From NCBI GenBank assembly GCA_030599585.1, contig JAUVNS010000003.1, forward strand, positions 288,001-352,000: a stretch of 64,000 nt of DNA, written 5' to 3'. The notes under the pieces are model-generated. The model saw nothing but the letters and a program-made list of their open reading frames with translations, had not been told where the DNA came from and ran no database searches. The position numbers and the translations under genes were made by a program. Shown piece by piece: positions 41,622 through 51,129 of the stretch; the stretch's first letter is position 1; every line of letters starts with the position of its first letter. The stretch is from Promethearchaeota archaeon (GTDB taxonomy: Archaea > Asgardarchaeota > Lokiarchaeia > Sigyniarchaeales > SOKP01).

Positions 41622-43415
41622 ATGGATAAGCAAAGAATTTTAAAAGAAGCCCAAAAAATTGCTGCGAAATTCTCATTTTGGATGGTTTCCGGGAACATCT
41701 CGCATTTATTTGGGTATGTGTACGAGACTCCTGGGGGGAAATACGAGTTAGAGATTAAATTTGACGACGATTTTCCGTACGTTCCTCCGGATTTAGTGCA
41801 CCATAAGGAGATCAAGGAGCTTTTAGGAGATTTTCAGTTAGAATCGGTTAATAATTGGACAATAAATTCTTCAGTGGTAGGCATTATTATTGAGCTTAAA
41901 TCAAAAATCCAGCAGGCATTGCCAAAGCCTGAGAAAGAAGAACCACTACCATTAATCCCTACATCTGATGTATCTGATGTTGATGAAGCTCCTGAGCAAA
42001 ATAAAGCTGAATCACTCCAAGAAAGAGATGGAGAGGAAGTGATAACAGCGGAAATGGAAACGAAAATAGAAGAAGAAACTGCAAAGGAAGAATATTTGAC
42101 TCCAGATTTGGACGTCTATCCTCCTGATTTTGAATACGAGAAATTTCTCACGCCTTCCGAAATCGAAGAAGATACATCACACAAAAAAGAGCCTCACGAG
42201 GACAGTTTAGTAACTGAACCCTCAGAATTGGATGAAATTAGTTCTCAAGAAACGACTGAATTAACTCAACCAGAGCTTTTTGCAGATCACGAGCAAACAA
42301 GTGTTGCATTAAACACGGAAATCGGTTTAATTCAACAGGAATACGCTTACGACCAACTTTCCCAACAGAAAGGGGATTTAAACATTTATTTAACCATTAC
42401 TCTTACGAAGACATTTATAATTCAGATTAATTTCAACGACTATCCTGAAAAACCGTCGATAATTGTTCCGGAAGACGCTCACAATTTAGTAGGCGATGTT
42501 TATCAAACTTTAGACGTGTTAAAAAACTGGAACCCTGAAAAACATCCTCATATTGTGGATATTTTACGCGAATTAGAGAAAAAATTGTATTTTATAAAAG
42601 ATATTGAGCAGGAATCAAAGAAAATTCTTGGAGAATATCAATGCGATGTAGACTCTGACAATGTAACCAAGTTACAAGTCCATTTGGTAACCTATGGATT
42701 TAAAGAGTATTTATTGGATGTAAACTTGGATTCTTTTCCTAAACCTCCGGCCATCAAATTATCTTCGCAATTACAGCAAATTATTATGACTCCATTGACC
42801 GAATTGAAGTCGTATAAAAATTGGGTAGATGGAGAATCTGAACCTGTTGAAGTTATAAGAGAACTCGCTTGGTTGGTAGATAAAAACTCTAGGATAACTT
42901 TTGAAATAGAATTATTAAAGGAGCACTATAAAAAGATCGAATACAATTCGTCTACATCGACTCTGATTGTGAACATGAAAGGTAAAATGAAAACTCAAGA
43001 TTTGACTTTCGAATTTCAGATCGATTTGCCTATTGATTACCCCATGAAAGTGCCCTCGATTAAAATTATTAACGAATTTGAACTCGAGATGCACGAAAAA
43101 ATCAAGAACGACCTTCAATCTTCTTTTAAGAATTTCTTTGACGATTGGTCTCCATTTAGCTATTTAGTGGATTTATTTAACGCTATCTCAAAGAAGATAT
43201 TTGAAATATCCGTAGTTTCGTGTGTTATATGCCATAAAATCGACTGTCCTACGTGTAGCTTAAAAATTGCAGGTCCAGAACAAGAAACATGCCACATAGA
43301 TTGTCCATATTGTGAGCGATCATACCATAAACATTGCTGGGAGCAAACGATAAAATCATTTGGAAAATGTGGATTTTGTCTTAAAGTTCCACCCCTAGAC
43401 CTAATGCCGAATTAA
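41622..43415 (+). CDS. Putative E3 ubiquitin ligase: four UBC/RWD-like repeats, acidic linker, C-terminal RING finger
   Basis: Four copies of the E2-fold strand-turn motif (FDDDFPYVPP, FNDYPEKP, LDSFPKPP, LPIDYPMKVP), each followed by a W-containing helix (NNWT, KNWN, KNWV, DDWSP); Cys/His-rich residues 534-586. Confidence 0.8.
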   Translation: MDKQRILKEAQKIAAKFSFWMVSGNISHLFGYVYETPGGKYELEIKFDDDFPYVPPDLVHHKEIKELLGDFQLESVNNWTINSSVVGIIIELKSKIQQALPKPEKEEPLPLIPTSDVSDVDEAPEQNKAESLQERDGEEVITAEMETKIEEETAKEEYLTPDLDVYPPDFEYEKFLTPSEIEEDTSHKKEPHEDSLVTEPSELDEISSQETTELTQPELFADHEQTSVALNTEIGLIQQEYAYDQLSQQKGDLNIYLTITLTKTFIIQINFNDYPEKPSIIVPEDAHNLVGDVYQTLDVLKNWNPEKHPHIVDILRELEKKLYFIKDIEQESKKILGEYQCDVDSDNVTKLQVHLVTYGFKEYLLDVNLDSFPKPPAIKLSSQLQQIIMTPLTELKSYKNWVDGESEPVEVIRELAWLVDKNSRITFEIELLKEHYKKIEYNSSTSTLIVNMKGKMKTQDLTFEFQIDLPIDYPMKVPSIKIINEFELEMHEKIKNDLQSSFKNFFDDWSPFSYLVDLFNAISKKIFEISVVSCVICHKIDCPTCSLKIAGPEQETCHIDCPYCERSYHKHCWEQTIKSFGKCGFCLKVPPLDLMPN

Positions 43416-43546
43416 AAGAAAATTTCTTATTGAACGATTTTATAAAATTCTTTCAAAAGATTCATTATTATTTATCTGGTTCTTGGTGAATTGGTTAAAT
43501 TTTTTAGTTTTATGTTATTTTATTTTACAATTACATCGTTATCAAG

Positions 43547-46500
43547 ATGGTTTTCGTGGAAACATTAGAAAAAAGATTGAATCTGATAAAATTAGAAGAG
43601 AATATATTGGACTTTTGGAAGAAAGAAGAAATTTATTCTAAGATCAGAGAGAAAGAAAAAGATAAAGAAGTTTGGAGGTTTATAGACGGGCCTCCTTATA
43701 CTACTGGCTCAATACATCTCGGAACTGCCTGGAATAAAATCCTAAAAGATTATTTAATTAAATACAAAAGAATGAGAGGCTTTAGGGCAACAGATACCCC
43801 AGGATACGATACCCATGGATTACCAATTGAGGTTCAATTAGAAAAAATCTTAGGTATAAAGAATAAGCAAGAGATTCAGAAATATGGCGTAGACAAATTT
43901 ATAAAAGGGTGTAAAGAATACGCACAAGAAAGGCTTTTAGTAATGAACGAGCAATTCAAACGCTTAGGCTGTTATTTCTGGGATTGGGACAATCCTTATA
44001 TAACGTTTAAAAACAGCTATATCGAAGGAATATGGTGGACTTTGAAAAAAGCTTACGAGAAGGGTTTAATGTACCAATTTTTTAGACCCTTAAATTGTTG
44101 TCCAAGGTGCGCGACTGCTCTTGCTAAGCACGAACACGATTATAAAAATGTTATAGATACAAGTTTATTTCTAAAGATAAAATCTGCAGATATGGACGAT
44201 ACTTATTACATAATTTGGACTACTACACCTTGGACTTTAGTAGCAAACGAAGCAATAATGGCGAATCCGGCTGCTGAATACGTAAAAGTTAAATTAATAG
44301 ACTTGAATGAATACTGGATTTTATCGAAAGCGTCCGTTACGCATCTAATCTCCGGAGAATTGGGCTTCAAATACAAAATTGTAGAGGAATTTTACGGCGA
44401 ACAATTGAAGGGTAATAAATACATACATCCCTTGTTAGAAGAAGTTCCTTTTCAAAAAGAATTGGCAAAACAAAGCGACACAGTACATTCTATCATTTTA
44501 TCGGAAGAATATGTTTCGGCTTCGGAAGGGGTTGGATTAGTTCACTCTGCTCCCGGCCACGGACCTGAAGATTTTGAGGTAGGCGTTGCAAATAATATTC
44601 CCGTTTTTACTCCAGTTGACATAAAGGGAGTATACACGAAAGACGCAGGAATATTTGAAGGAAAATTTGTATTTGACGCGAACAAAGAAATTCTGGCTTT
44701 ATTGAAACAAAAAGGAACTCTCCTTTTAACTAGCGAGTTAGAGCACGAATACGCTCATTGTTGGAGGTGCGATTCGAAACTAGTATATCGAGCGACAAAC
44801 CAATGGTTTTTTAAAACTGAAAGTCTATCTTCGGAACTATTAAAAAAAAACGAAGAAATTTATTGGGTTCCTGACTGGGCCGGCAATAGATGGTTTAAAA
44901 GCTGGTTAACTTCTTTAAAAGATTGGTGTATTTCAAGACAGCGCTTTTGGGGTGTTCCTTTAAATGTTTGGATATGTGATAACGAAGATTGTGGGGACAT
45001 AGCAGTGATAGGTTCGGCAAAAGAACTAAAAGAAATTGCTGGAGAATGCCCAGAAGACTTACACCGTCCATGGATAGATGAAGTTACTTGGAAATGTAAA
45101 AAGTGTAATAAAGGAACAAAAAAGCGGATACCAGACATTTTAGATGTTTGGTTGGACTCTGGGTCGGTAATGTGGGCTTCACAGGAAATATACGATGGCG
45201 AGAGCCATTACGATACCTGGGTTCCTGCGGATTTCATACTTGAAGGTAAAGATCAGATCAGAGGGTGGTTTAATAGCTTGTTATGTAGCGCGATGGTTTC
45301 CACAGGAAAAAAAAATTACGATAATTGCTACATGCACGGTTGGGTTTTACGAGATAAAGTAAAAATGAGTAAATCGAAAGGGACAGCATTTTTACCTGAA
45401 GATCTTATTAATGGCACATTAGATCAAATAAAAAGCAAGAAATCCTATTCGCAGATAAAAGGTATCGAAACATTCCGTTTCTACTGTATCGGAGCAACTC
45501 AACCAGGTCGCGATTTAAATTTCAGTGCAAAGGAATACGCAGATACGTACAAAACCATTAATACAATTTGGAATGTTTACGTTTACGCGAATGAGAAATT
45601 TGGTTTAGCTAAATTTGATCCCTCTAAGGATAAAATTGACGAGAAAAAGCTAAGCAAGTTTGATAAGTGGATACTTTCAAGAACAAATTCTACTATTGAA
45701 AAAATAACAGAATTAGCCGATAAATACGAACTCCCATGGATTCCCGGTGAACTGAGAGATTTAATTGTTAGCGACATAAGTAGATGGTATATAATGTTAA
45801 ACCGAGAAAAACTCGACATCTATTCCAACGATCCAAATAAACTCCAGATTATGGCCGTACTTTATAAGGTCTTATTCAATGTTGTATTGCTGTTAGCTCC
45901 GATCAATCCAATGCTCAGCGAAGAATTATACTTAAAAATGTTCAAACCTCACTTAAAATCGATGGGTTTGGAGGAATCTGAAAGCATTCACCTGCAAAAT
46001 TGGCCAGAAATCGATAAAACAAATATTGACGCAAAATTAGAAGAAGAAATGAGATTTGTAAGGGACCTAATAGAATCGATTAGAGCGTTAAAAGAAGAAA
46101 ATAAAATTAGGCTAAGATGGCCAAACAAACGAATAATTATAGAACCTAAAGAAGACATGCCTGAAATAGGATTTCCAGAGATTATTAAACAAATAGGAAA
46201 TGTAAAGGAATTAGAAATAAAAAAATCGGTTACATCTGCGGATAATTTGCGAAAAATAGAACACAAATATTGTAACATTTATCTGGATGTTAGCGTTGAC
46301 GACAAATTATTAAATGAACGTGTAGTTAACGATTTAATAAGAAATATTCAATTCTCTCGTAAAAAGAAAGACTATAAAGTAGGTGAGACGATTTCATTAA
46401 CAATTGGAACTAGTACCGATTATTTGAAGGGATACATCGAAACCAAAAAAGAAAGCATTTCGGATAAAGTATCTGCCAAAAAATTTGAAGTGTCTTCCAA

Positions 46501-46696
46501 GGAATTAAATGAAGAGAAGGAAAAAGTGTTTGCAAAGTTGTACCTTTGTCCAAATAAAGATTGTTCTGCTTCTTTAAAGGAAAATATTAATAAAAGACTA
46601 AAAAAAGATGCTGAAGTACAATGTCCATATTGCAACACGAAGTTAGAAGAAGCAAATTTAAAGACTATTACATATAACTATAAAAGAGAAAACTAA
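43547..46696 (+). CDS. ileS: Isoleucine--tRNA ligase (archaeal/eukaryote type)
   Basis: DGPPYTTGSIHLGTAWNK, WTTTPWTL, DWCISRQRFWG, EGKDQIRGWF, KMSKS. Confidence 0.97.
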   Translation: MVFVETLEKRLNLIKLEENILDFWKKEEIYSKIREKEKDKEVWRFIDGPPYTTGSIHLGTAWNKILKDYLIKYKRMRGFRATDTPGYDTHGLPIEVQLEKILGIKNKQEIQKYGVDKFIKGCKEYAQERLLVMNEQFKRLGCYFWDWDNPYITFKNSYIEGIWWTLKKAYEKGLMYQFFRPLNCCPRCATALAKHEHDYKNVIDTSLFLKIKSADMDDTYYIIWTTTPWTLVANEAIMANPAAEYVKVKLIDLNEYWILSKASVTHLISGELGFKYKIVEEFYGEQLKGNKYIHPLLEEVPFQKELAKQSDTVHSIILSEEYVSASEGVGLVHSAPGHGPEDFEVGVANNIPVFTPVDIKGVYTKDAGIFEGKFVFDANKEILALLKQKGTLLLTSELEHEYAHCWRCDSKLVYRATNQWFFKTESLSSELLKKNEEIYWVPDWAGNRWFKSWLTSLKDWCISRQRFWGVPLNVWICDNEDCGDIAVIGSAKELKEIAGECPEDLHRPWIDEVTWKCKKCNKGTKKRIPDILDVWLDSGSVMWASQEIYDGESHYDTWVPADFILEGKDQIRGWFNSLLCSAMVSTGKKNYDNCYMHGWVLRDKVKMSKSKGTAFLPEDLINGTLDQIKSKKSYSQIKGIETFRFYCIGATQPGRDLNFSAKEYADTYKTINTIWNVYVYANEKFGLAKFDPSKDKIDEKKLSKFDKWILSRTNSTIEKITELADKYELPWIPGELRDLIVSDISRWYIMLNREKLDIYSNDPNKLQIMAVLYKVLFNVVLLLAPINPMLSEELYLKMFKPHLKSMGLEESESIHLQNWPEIDKTNIDAKLEEEMRFVRDLIESIRALKEENKIRLRWPNKRIIIEPKEDMPEIGFPEIIKQIGNVKELEIKKSVTSADNLRKIEHKYCNIYLDVSVDDKLLNERVVNDLIRNIQFSRKKKDYKVGETISLTIGTSTDYLKGYIETKKESISDKVSAKKFEVSSKELNEEKEKVFAKLYLCPNKDCSASLKENINKRLKKDAEVQCPYCNTKLEEANLKTITYNYKREN

Positions 46697-46727
46697 TAGA
46701 TTTTTAATTCTATTATCTAATTTTTTG

Positions 46728-47774
46728 TTATATTTTAGGATTTGTTTTATAATAGTCTATCCAGTAATCAAACAATTCTTTTAGCGTTTCTTGGATCGAT
46801 TTAGTAGGCTTCCAACCCAATTCAGAAGTGATTTTTGTATTGTCTCCAATTATAATATCTTCGTCAGTTTTTCTTAATTTATGAGTGACATTTTCAATTA
46901 CTTTAATATCCTTCTGAGAAAAGCTTAACGATATATCCAAAAGCTTTCTAATTTGGGTTTTCTGATTTGTACATACGTGATACGTCTCTCCGGGCGTTCC
47001 TTTTGTAGCAGTTAACCAAATAGCCCTGATTGCATCTACCACATCTAATATATCTCTATAAGGATTTAAATTTCCTACTTCAATAACGGGCTCTTTCAAG
47101 CCTAATTCAATCTGAGCGATTTTTCTTATGAAATCCGAGGATGCGTCGTTAGTTCGCCTGGTGCCGGTCAGATTAAAAAATCTCAAGTTAACTGCTTCTA
47201 TCCCGAAATTAATGTAATATTGTCGAGCAAGAAGTTCAGCTGCAATCTTACTAATTCCATAAGGATGAATTGCCTTTAATGGATCAGATTCTTTTAAAGG
47301 GCGACCTATGTTAGTAGTCGTACCAAATTCAGCAGCAGAACAAGCTAAGATAACGCGGGTTTTTAAGTTGAATTTTTTAATTGGTTCAAACACATTTATA
47401 GTACCAATTACATTAGTTTCAAATGTATTAACAGGATCTTCCCACGATGGGATTATGTAGGGTTGTGCTCCAAAGTGAAACAATAATTTTGGTTTTATTT
47501 CTTCTATTATTTTCTCTAACAATAACTGATTTTTTATATCGCATTCTAAAAAGATTAGGTTCTCGTGATTACTCGCAATTTGAATTTTTTTTCCTAAAAA
47601 ATTAACTTTATTTTTTTTTGAGATAGTTTCTTTTCCATTTGTATATTTGACTAAATTTCGAAAAGAAGAAGAGGGTCTGTCCAAACCATACACAATATAG
47701 TTTTCATCAATACACCTATCTATAAGATGCGAGCCTAAAAAGCCATTTGACCCTGTAATCAATATTTTGTCCAT
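46728..47774 (-). CDS. GDP-mannose 4,6-dehydratase / Rmd-like GDP-deoxysugar reductase
   Basis: ITGSNGFLGSHL, HFGAQ...SW, PYGISK, FNLTG, VGNL...RD. Confidence 0.8.
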   Translation of the reverse strand: MDKILITGSNGFLGSHLIDRCIDENYIVYGLDRPSSSFRNLVKYTNGKETISKKNKVNFLGKKIQIASNHENLIFLECDIKNQLLLEKIIEEIKPKLLFHFGAQPYIIPSWEDPVNTFETNVIGTINVFEPIKKFNLKTRVILACSAAEFGTTTNIGRPLKESDPLKAIHPYGISKIAAELLARQYYINFGIEAVNLRFFNLTGTRRTNDASSDFIRKIAQIELGLKEPVIEVGNLNPYRDILDVVDAIRAIWLTATKGTPGETYHVCTNQKTQIRKLLDISLSFSQKDIKVIENVTHKLRKTDEDIIIGDNTKITSELGWKPTKSIQETLKELFDYWIDYYKTNPKI

Positions 47775-47967
47775 TTTAAAACCATTTTTTCTAAAACATT
47801 TAGAAATCCAAGAATTTCTGATAGTAAAAAGTATACAAAATTAATTAATATTATAATTTTAATCAGAAAATAATGATAATAATAGTTATAAGAATAAATT
47901 AAAATTTAAATAATTAAAAAAAAAAGGTACTTCTAAGTAAAATTCTTAAGTTTTATTAACTGAAATC

Positions 47968-48501
47968 TTAATTGGGTAAAAATTCCATCTCATCTAATGC
48001 ATCTATAACTATTTTAGTACTTTCTTCGATTGTTTGCTTGTCAGTATCAACAACTATGTCTGCTTTGTCTGGTTCTTCAAAAGGAGAATCGATGCCTGTG
48101 AATTGTTTGATCTCGCCGGCTCTAGCCTTAGCATACATTCCTTTCACGTCTCTCTGTTCACATACTTCAATTGGACATTTTACATAAACTAAAATGTAAT
48201 CCCCAATTTCTTTTCGAGAGTAATCCCTAATATCGTTAAAAGGTGAAATAAAAGAAGCTAAAACGGCAACTTTATTTCGAGTGAGTAGCTTTGCTACAAA
48301 GGTGATTCTTTCGATATTCATTCTTCGATCGTCGTCTGAAAATCCTAGGTCTCGAGTTAAACTCTTTCTGACAATATCTCCATCAAGCCGTTCTACTTTC
48401 ATCCCTCGAGCTTTTAGATCCTCAGCTACGGCATCAGCTAAAACAGATTTACCTGAACAAGCAAGTCCCGTAAACCATAACGTAAATCCTTTATGTTCCA
48501 T
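47968..48501 (-). CDS. cysC: Adenylyl-sulfate (APS) kinase
   Basis: WFTGLACSGKS, LDGD.VR, SFISP, RDVKGMY, FTGIDSPFEEP. Confidence 0.96.
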   Translation of the reverse strand: MEHKGFTLWFTGLACSGKSVLADAVAEDLKARGMKVERLDGDIVRKSLTRDLGFSDDDRRMNIERITFVAKLLTRNKVAVLASFISPFNDIRDYSRKEIGDYILVYVKCPIEVCEQRDVKGMYAKARAGEIKQFTGIDSPFEEPDKADIVVDTDKQTIEESTKIVIDALDEMEFLPN

Positions 48502-48533
48502 CTTTTTTTCTCTTTCGTAATTTATATTTTCAA

Positions 48534-49919
48534 TTAAAATTCTATACTTTTTCCTTCTAAATCTTCTGGAATATTGATTCCAAATATATTCAATATCGTA
48601 GGTGCTATATCTAAAATATTTTTTGTTTCTAATTTTTTCCCTTTTTCTTTTAATGGGTCATAGATGATAAAAATCCCGTTATAATCGTGAACTGCATCGT
48701 CAGGTCCAGTGTCATTTTCGTCTAAATACATACTTTTATAACCTATTGTTCCAGCTGATCTCCAATTCAAATCGTCAAAATAAACTAATAGGTCAGGAGC
48801 GTCGCCTCGTACATTCTCGTATAAATCCTCAGGTTTAAAAATTTTCGTTTTCATAGGGTTTCCCAAATTATCGGGAATTGTTTTTAACTTTTCTGTTAAA
48901 ATTCTTCGATAGTTCTCGTATTCGGAGGGCTCTATGATTCCAAATTTCTCTCTACCCTTAACATTCAAAAAAATTCGGGCGTAATAACCCCCCCAACCCC
49001 ACGCATAGGTTTTATTCCAATCAATTAGTTCGTCTTTCAACCTCGTTCCTGGAAGCGGGCGCTCTTTAAATGTTAATAATCCAAGCTTTTCTAACGCCAT
49101 ATTTACACAAATACACCCTTTCATGGCTTTAGCACCATGATCTGAAACAACAAAAACTATAGTATCTTGATCAAGTAAATTTAAGACCTCTCCAATTTCT
49201 TTATCTAAGAATTTATAGAAATTTTTCATTGCTGTTTCAAATGTATTACCTGGTTCAAATTTGTGATGCGATTTATCGTAATATTTCCAAAACGCGTGGT
49301 GGAATCTATCCAATCCAATTATAACAAATTGGCAAAAATCCCATTCCTTATTCTTTATTAGGTATTTGAGGGCTTTAAAATGCATTTTTGTCATTTTATA
49401 AAGGGATATTAACAATTCTGCCTTGTGTGATGTCCGAAATAACACGTCAAAAGTATAGTGCTCTACAACTTTGCTTATCTCTTCCTTTAACTCCGGAGGA
49501 TAAGTAAAGTTCGATAAAGAATCAGGAGTAATAAAGCCAGAAATTAAGCTCCCATTAATTGGTTGAGGTGGGAATGTGGGTGGTACGCCTAGTATTATTG
49601 ATTTGTATCCTCTCTTTCCTATAATGTCCCAAATTTTAGGTTCTTTTATGTTTTGTGAGTTAGCGATCCAGAAATCAGTATACGAATTTTCTTTTCGATG
49701 TCGAAACCCATATATTCCTAGAGTCCCTGCTTTTTTGCCTGTTGCCATTACCATCCAAGCTGGAACGGTAATTGGGGGATCTGAACTTCTAAGCTTTCCA
49801 TATACCCCTTTATTCATTAATTTTCTTATGTTTGGGCATTCGTCTTTAAAATCTTCGAATAATGTTTTAGGAGTAGCACAATCTAAACCAATAACTATCA
49901 CTTTTTTTTTGCTACTCAA
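48534..49919 (-). CDS. Alkaline phosphatase-superfamily protein (type I phosphodiesterase/nucleotide pyrophosphatase)
   Basis: IGLDCAT, PPITVPAW (Thr nucleophile), DRFHH, VSDHG, NDTGPDDAVH, DIAPTIL. Confidence 0.88.
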   Translation of the reverse strand: MSSKKKVIVIGLDCATPKTLFEDFKDECPNIRKLMNKGVYGKLRSSDPPITVPAWMVMATGKKAGTLGIYGFRHRKENSYTDFWIANSQNIKEPKIWDIIGKRGYKSIILGVPPTFPPQPINGSLISGFITPDSLSNFTYPPELKEEISKVVEHYTFDVLFRTSHKAELLISLYKMTKMHFKALKYLIKNKEWDFCQFVIIGLDRFHHAFWKYYDKSHHKFEPGNTFETAMKNFYKFLDKEIGEVLNLLDQDTIVFVVSDHGAKAMKGCICVNMALEKLGLLTFKERPLPGTRLKDELIDWNKTYAWGWGGYYARIFLNVKGREKFGIIEPSEYENYRRILTEKLKTIPDNLGNPMKTKIFKPEDLYENVRGDAPDLLVYFDDLNWRSAGTIGYKSMYLDENDTGPDDAVHDYNGIFIIYDPLKEKGKKLETKNILDIAPTILNIFGINIPEDLEGKSIEF

Positions 49920-49930
49920 GACAAATTCTC

Positions 49931-51085
49931 CTAATTGGCTCCGACAAACGGATTACTATATTTTAGTATAACTTCAGCTACTTCAGGTCTCATAACATCT
50001 GCCGTTGGTGGATTTCCAGCAAGAAGAGCTTCTCGAATTTTTGTTCCTTTAAAAAAGTCGTGGAGTTCAGGAGGGTGAGGACAGATTTTATCGTTTACAA
50101 TTGAATTACACTTCTTACAACGCGAAAAAGATCGAAAGAATAACGGCTCTATCCCTAAATCTGGAAACATATCAAAAATTTTATGGGCGTCATATGGCCC
50201 GTAAAAATCTCCCACTCCAGCGTGGTCTCTTCCTATAATTATATGATCGCAACCAAAATTTTTTCTTGCAATTGCGTGGAAAATAGCTTCTTTTGGACCA
50301 GCATATCGCATTTCTGTTTCAAAAGTGCTTAAAACAACGCGATTTTCAGGATAATAGTTTTTAATCAACGCCTTATAAGCATTAATTATCACTTCGTCTA
50401 AAAAGTCCCCTGCTTTTTTCCTACCGATCACAGGGTTTATGAAAAGCCCATCAACAAAAGTTAAACCCGCCTTCTGGACATATTCGTGTCCTAAATGAGG
50501 AGGATTTCTCGTTTGAAAAGCTACAACGCGATCCCAATTTTTTGCTTTAAACAGAACGCGCGTTTCTATTGGTTTTAAATCTAGTTCAGGAAAAATTGGA
50601 TTAATTTTGTTAATGAGGAATATATCTCCCCCTATTAATTTTTCTTTTTGGTCGAAAACTCTTTTAACTCCTGGATGAGTTTTATCTAATGTGCCATATA
50701 CTTTTTCTGCGAAGTTTTTTTTATTATAACTATAAATATCTTTGATGTTGAACAAAGCAATCGGGTTATTAGAAAAGTCGGTTAAAATTACGGAATCATC
50801 CTCTTTTAGGTTCGATACCTCGCTTTCAGAGACATCAAGCACAATCGGAAATGGCCATGCGATCTCGTTTTCTAAATACATCTGATCCAGAACATTTAAC
50901 ATATCGTTTTCGGTCATGAACCCTTCTAAAGGGCTAAAAACTCCAAAAGCGATGTTTTTAATAACTTTCAAAGTTTCCGAATCGGTCTTTATTTTTTCAA
51001 ACTCGTCAATTTGGGCTAAAATTTTCTGCTTTTCGCTTTCAGGTAGTTCTTTATTAATCAAACTACCCCCATGTGGTTCTATCAT
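49931..51085 (-). CDS. sat: Sulfate adenylyltransferase (ATP sulfurylase)
   Basis: PHGG, SPLEGFM, FQTRNPPHLGHE, MRYAGPKEA, GRDHAGVG, MRPEV. Confidence 0.96.
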   Translation of the reverse strand: MIEPHGGSLINKELPESEKQKILAQIDEFEKIKTDSETLKVIKNIAFGVFSPLEGFMTENDMLNVLDQMYLENEIAWPFPIVLDVSESEVSNLKEDDSVILTDFSNNPIALFNIKDIYSYNKKNFAEKVYGTLDKTHPGVKRVFDQKEKLIGGDIFLINKINPIFPELDLKPIETRVLFKAKNWDRVVAFQTRNPPHLGHEYVQKAGLTFVDGLFINPVIGRKKAGDFLDEVIINAYKALIKNYYPENRVVLSTFETEMRYAGPKEAIFHAIARKNFGCDHIIIGRDHAGVGDFYGPYDAHKIFDMFPDLGIEPLFFRSFSRCKKCNSIVNDKICPHPPELHDFFKGTKIREALLAGNPPTADVMRPEVAEVILKYSNPFVGAN

Positions 51086-51129
51086 GATAATTCTATTTTC
51101 TTATTTCTTATTTTCTTTGAAATTTTAAT

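Noticed and set aside
41622-43200. Active E2 ubiquitin-conjugating enzyme
   Set aside because: None of the four repeats has the HPN motif or a Cys at the catalytic position.
47968-51085. sat/cysC as evidence of dissimilatory or assimilatory sulfate reduction
   Set aside because: No aprAB, dsr, cysH or sulfite reductase in the window; the context points to PAPS for sulfation.
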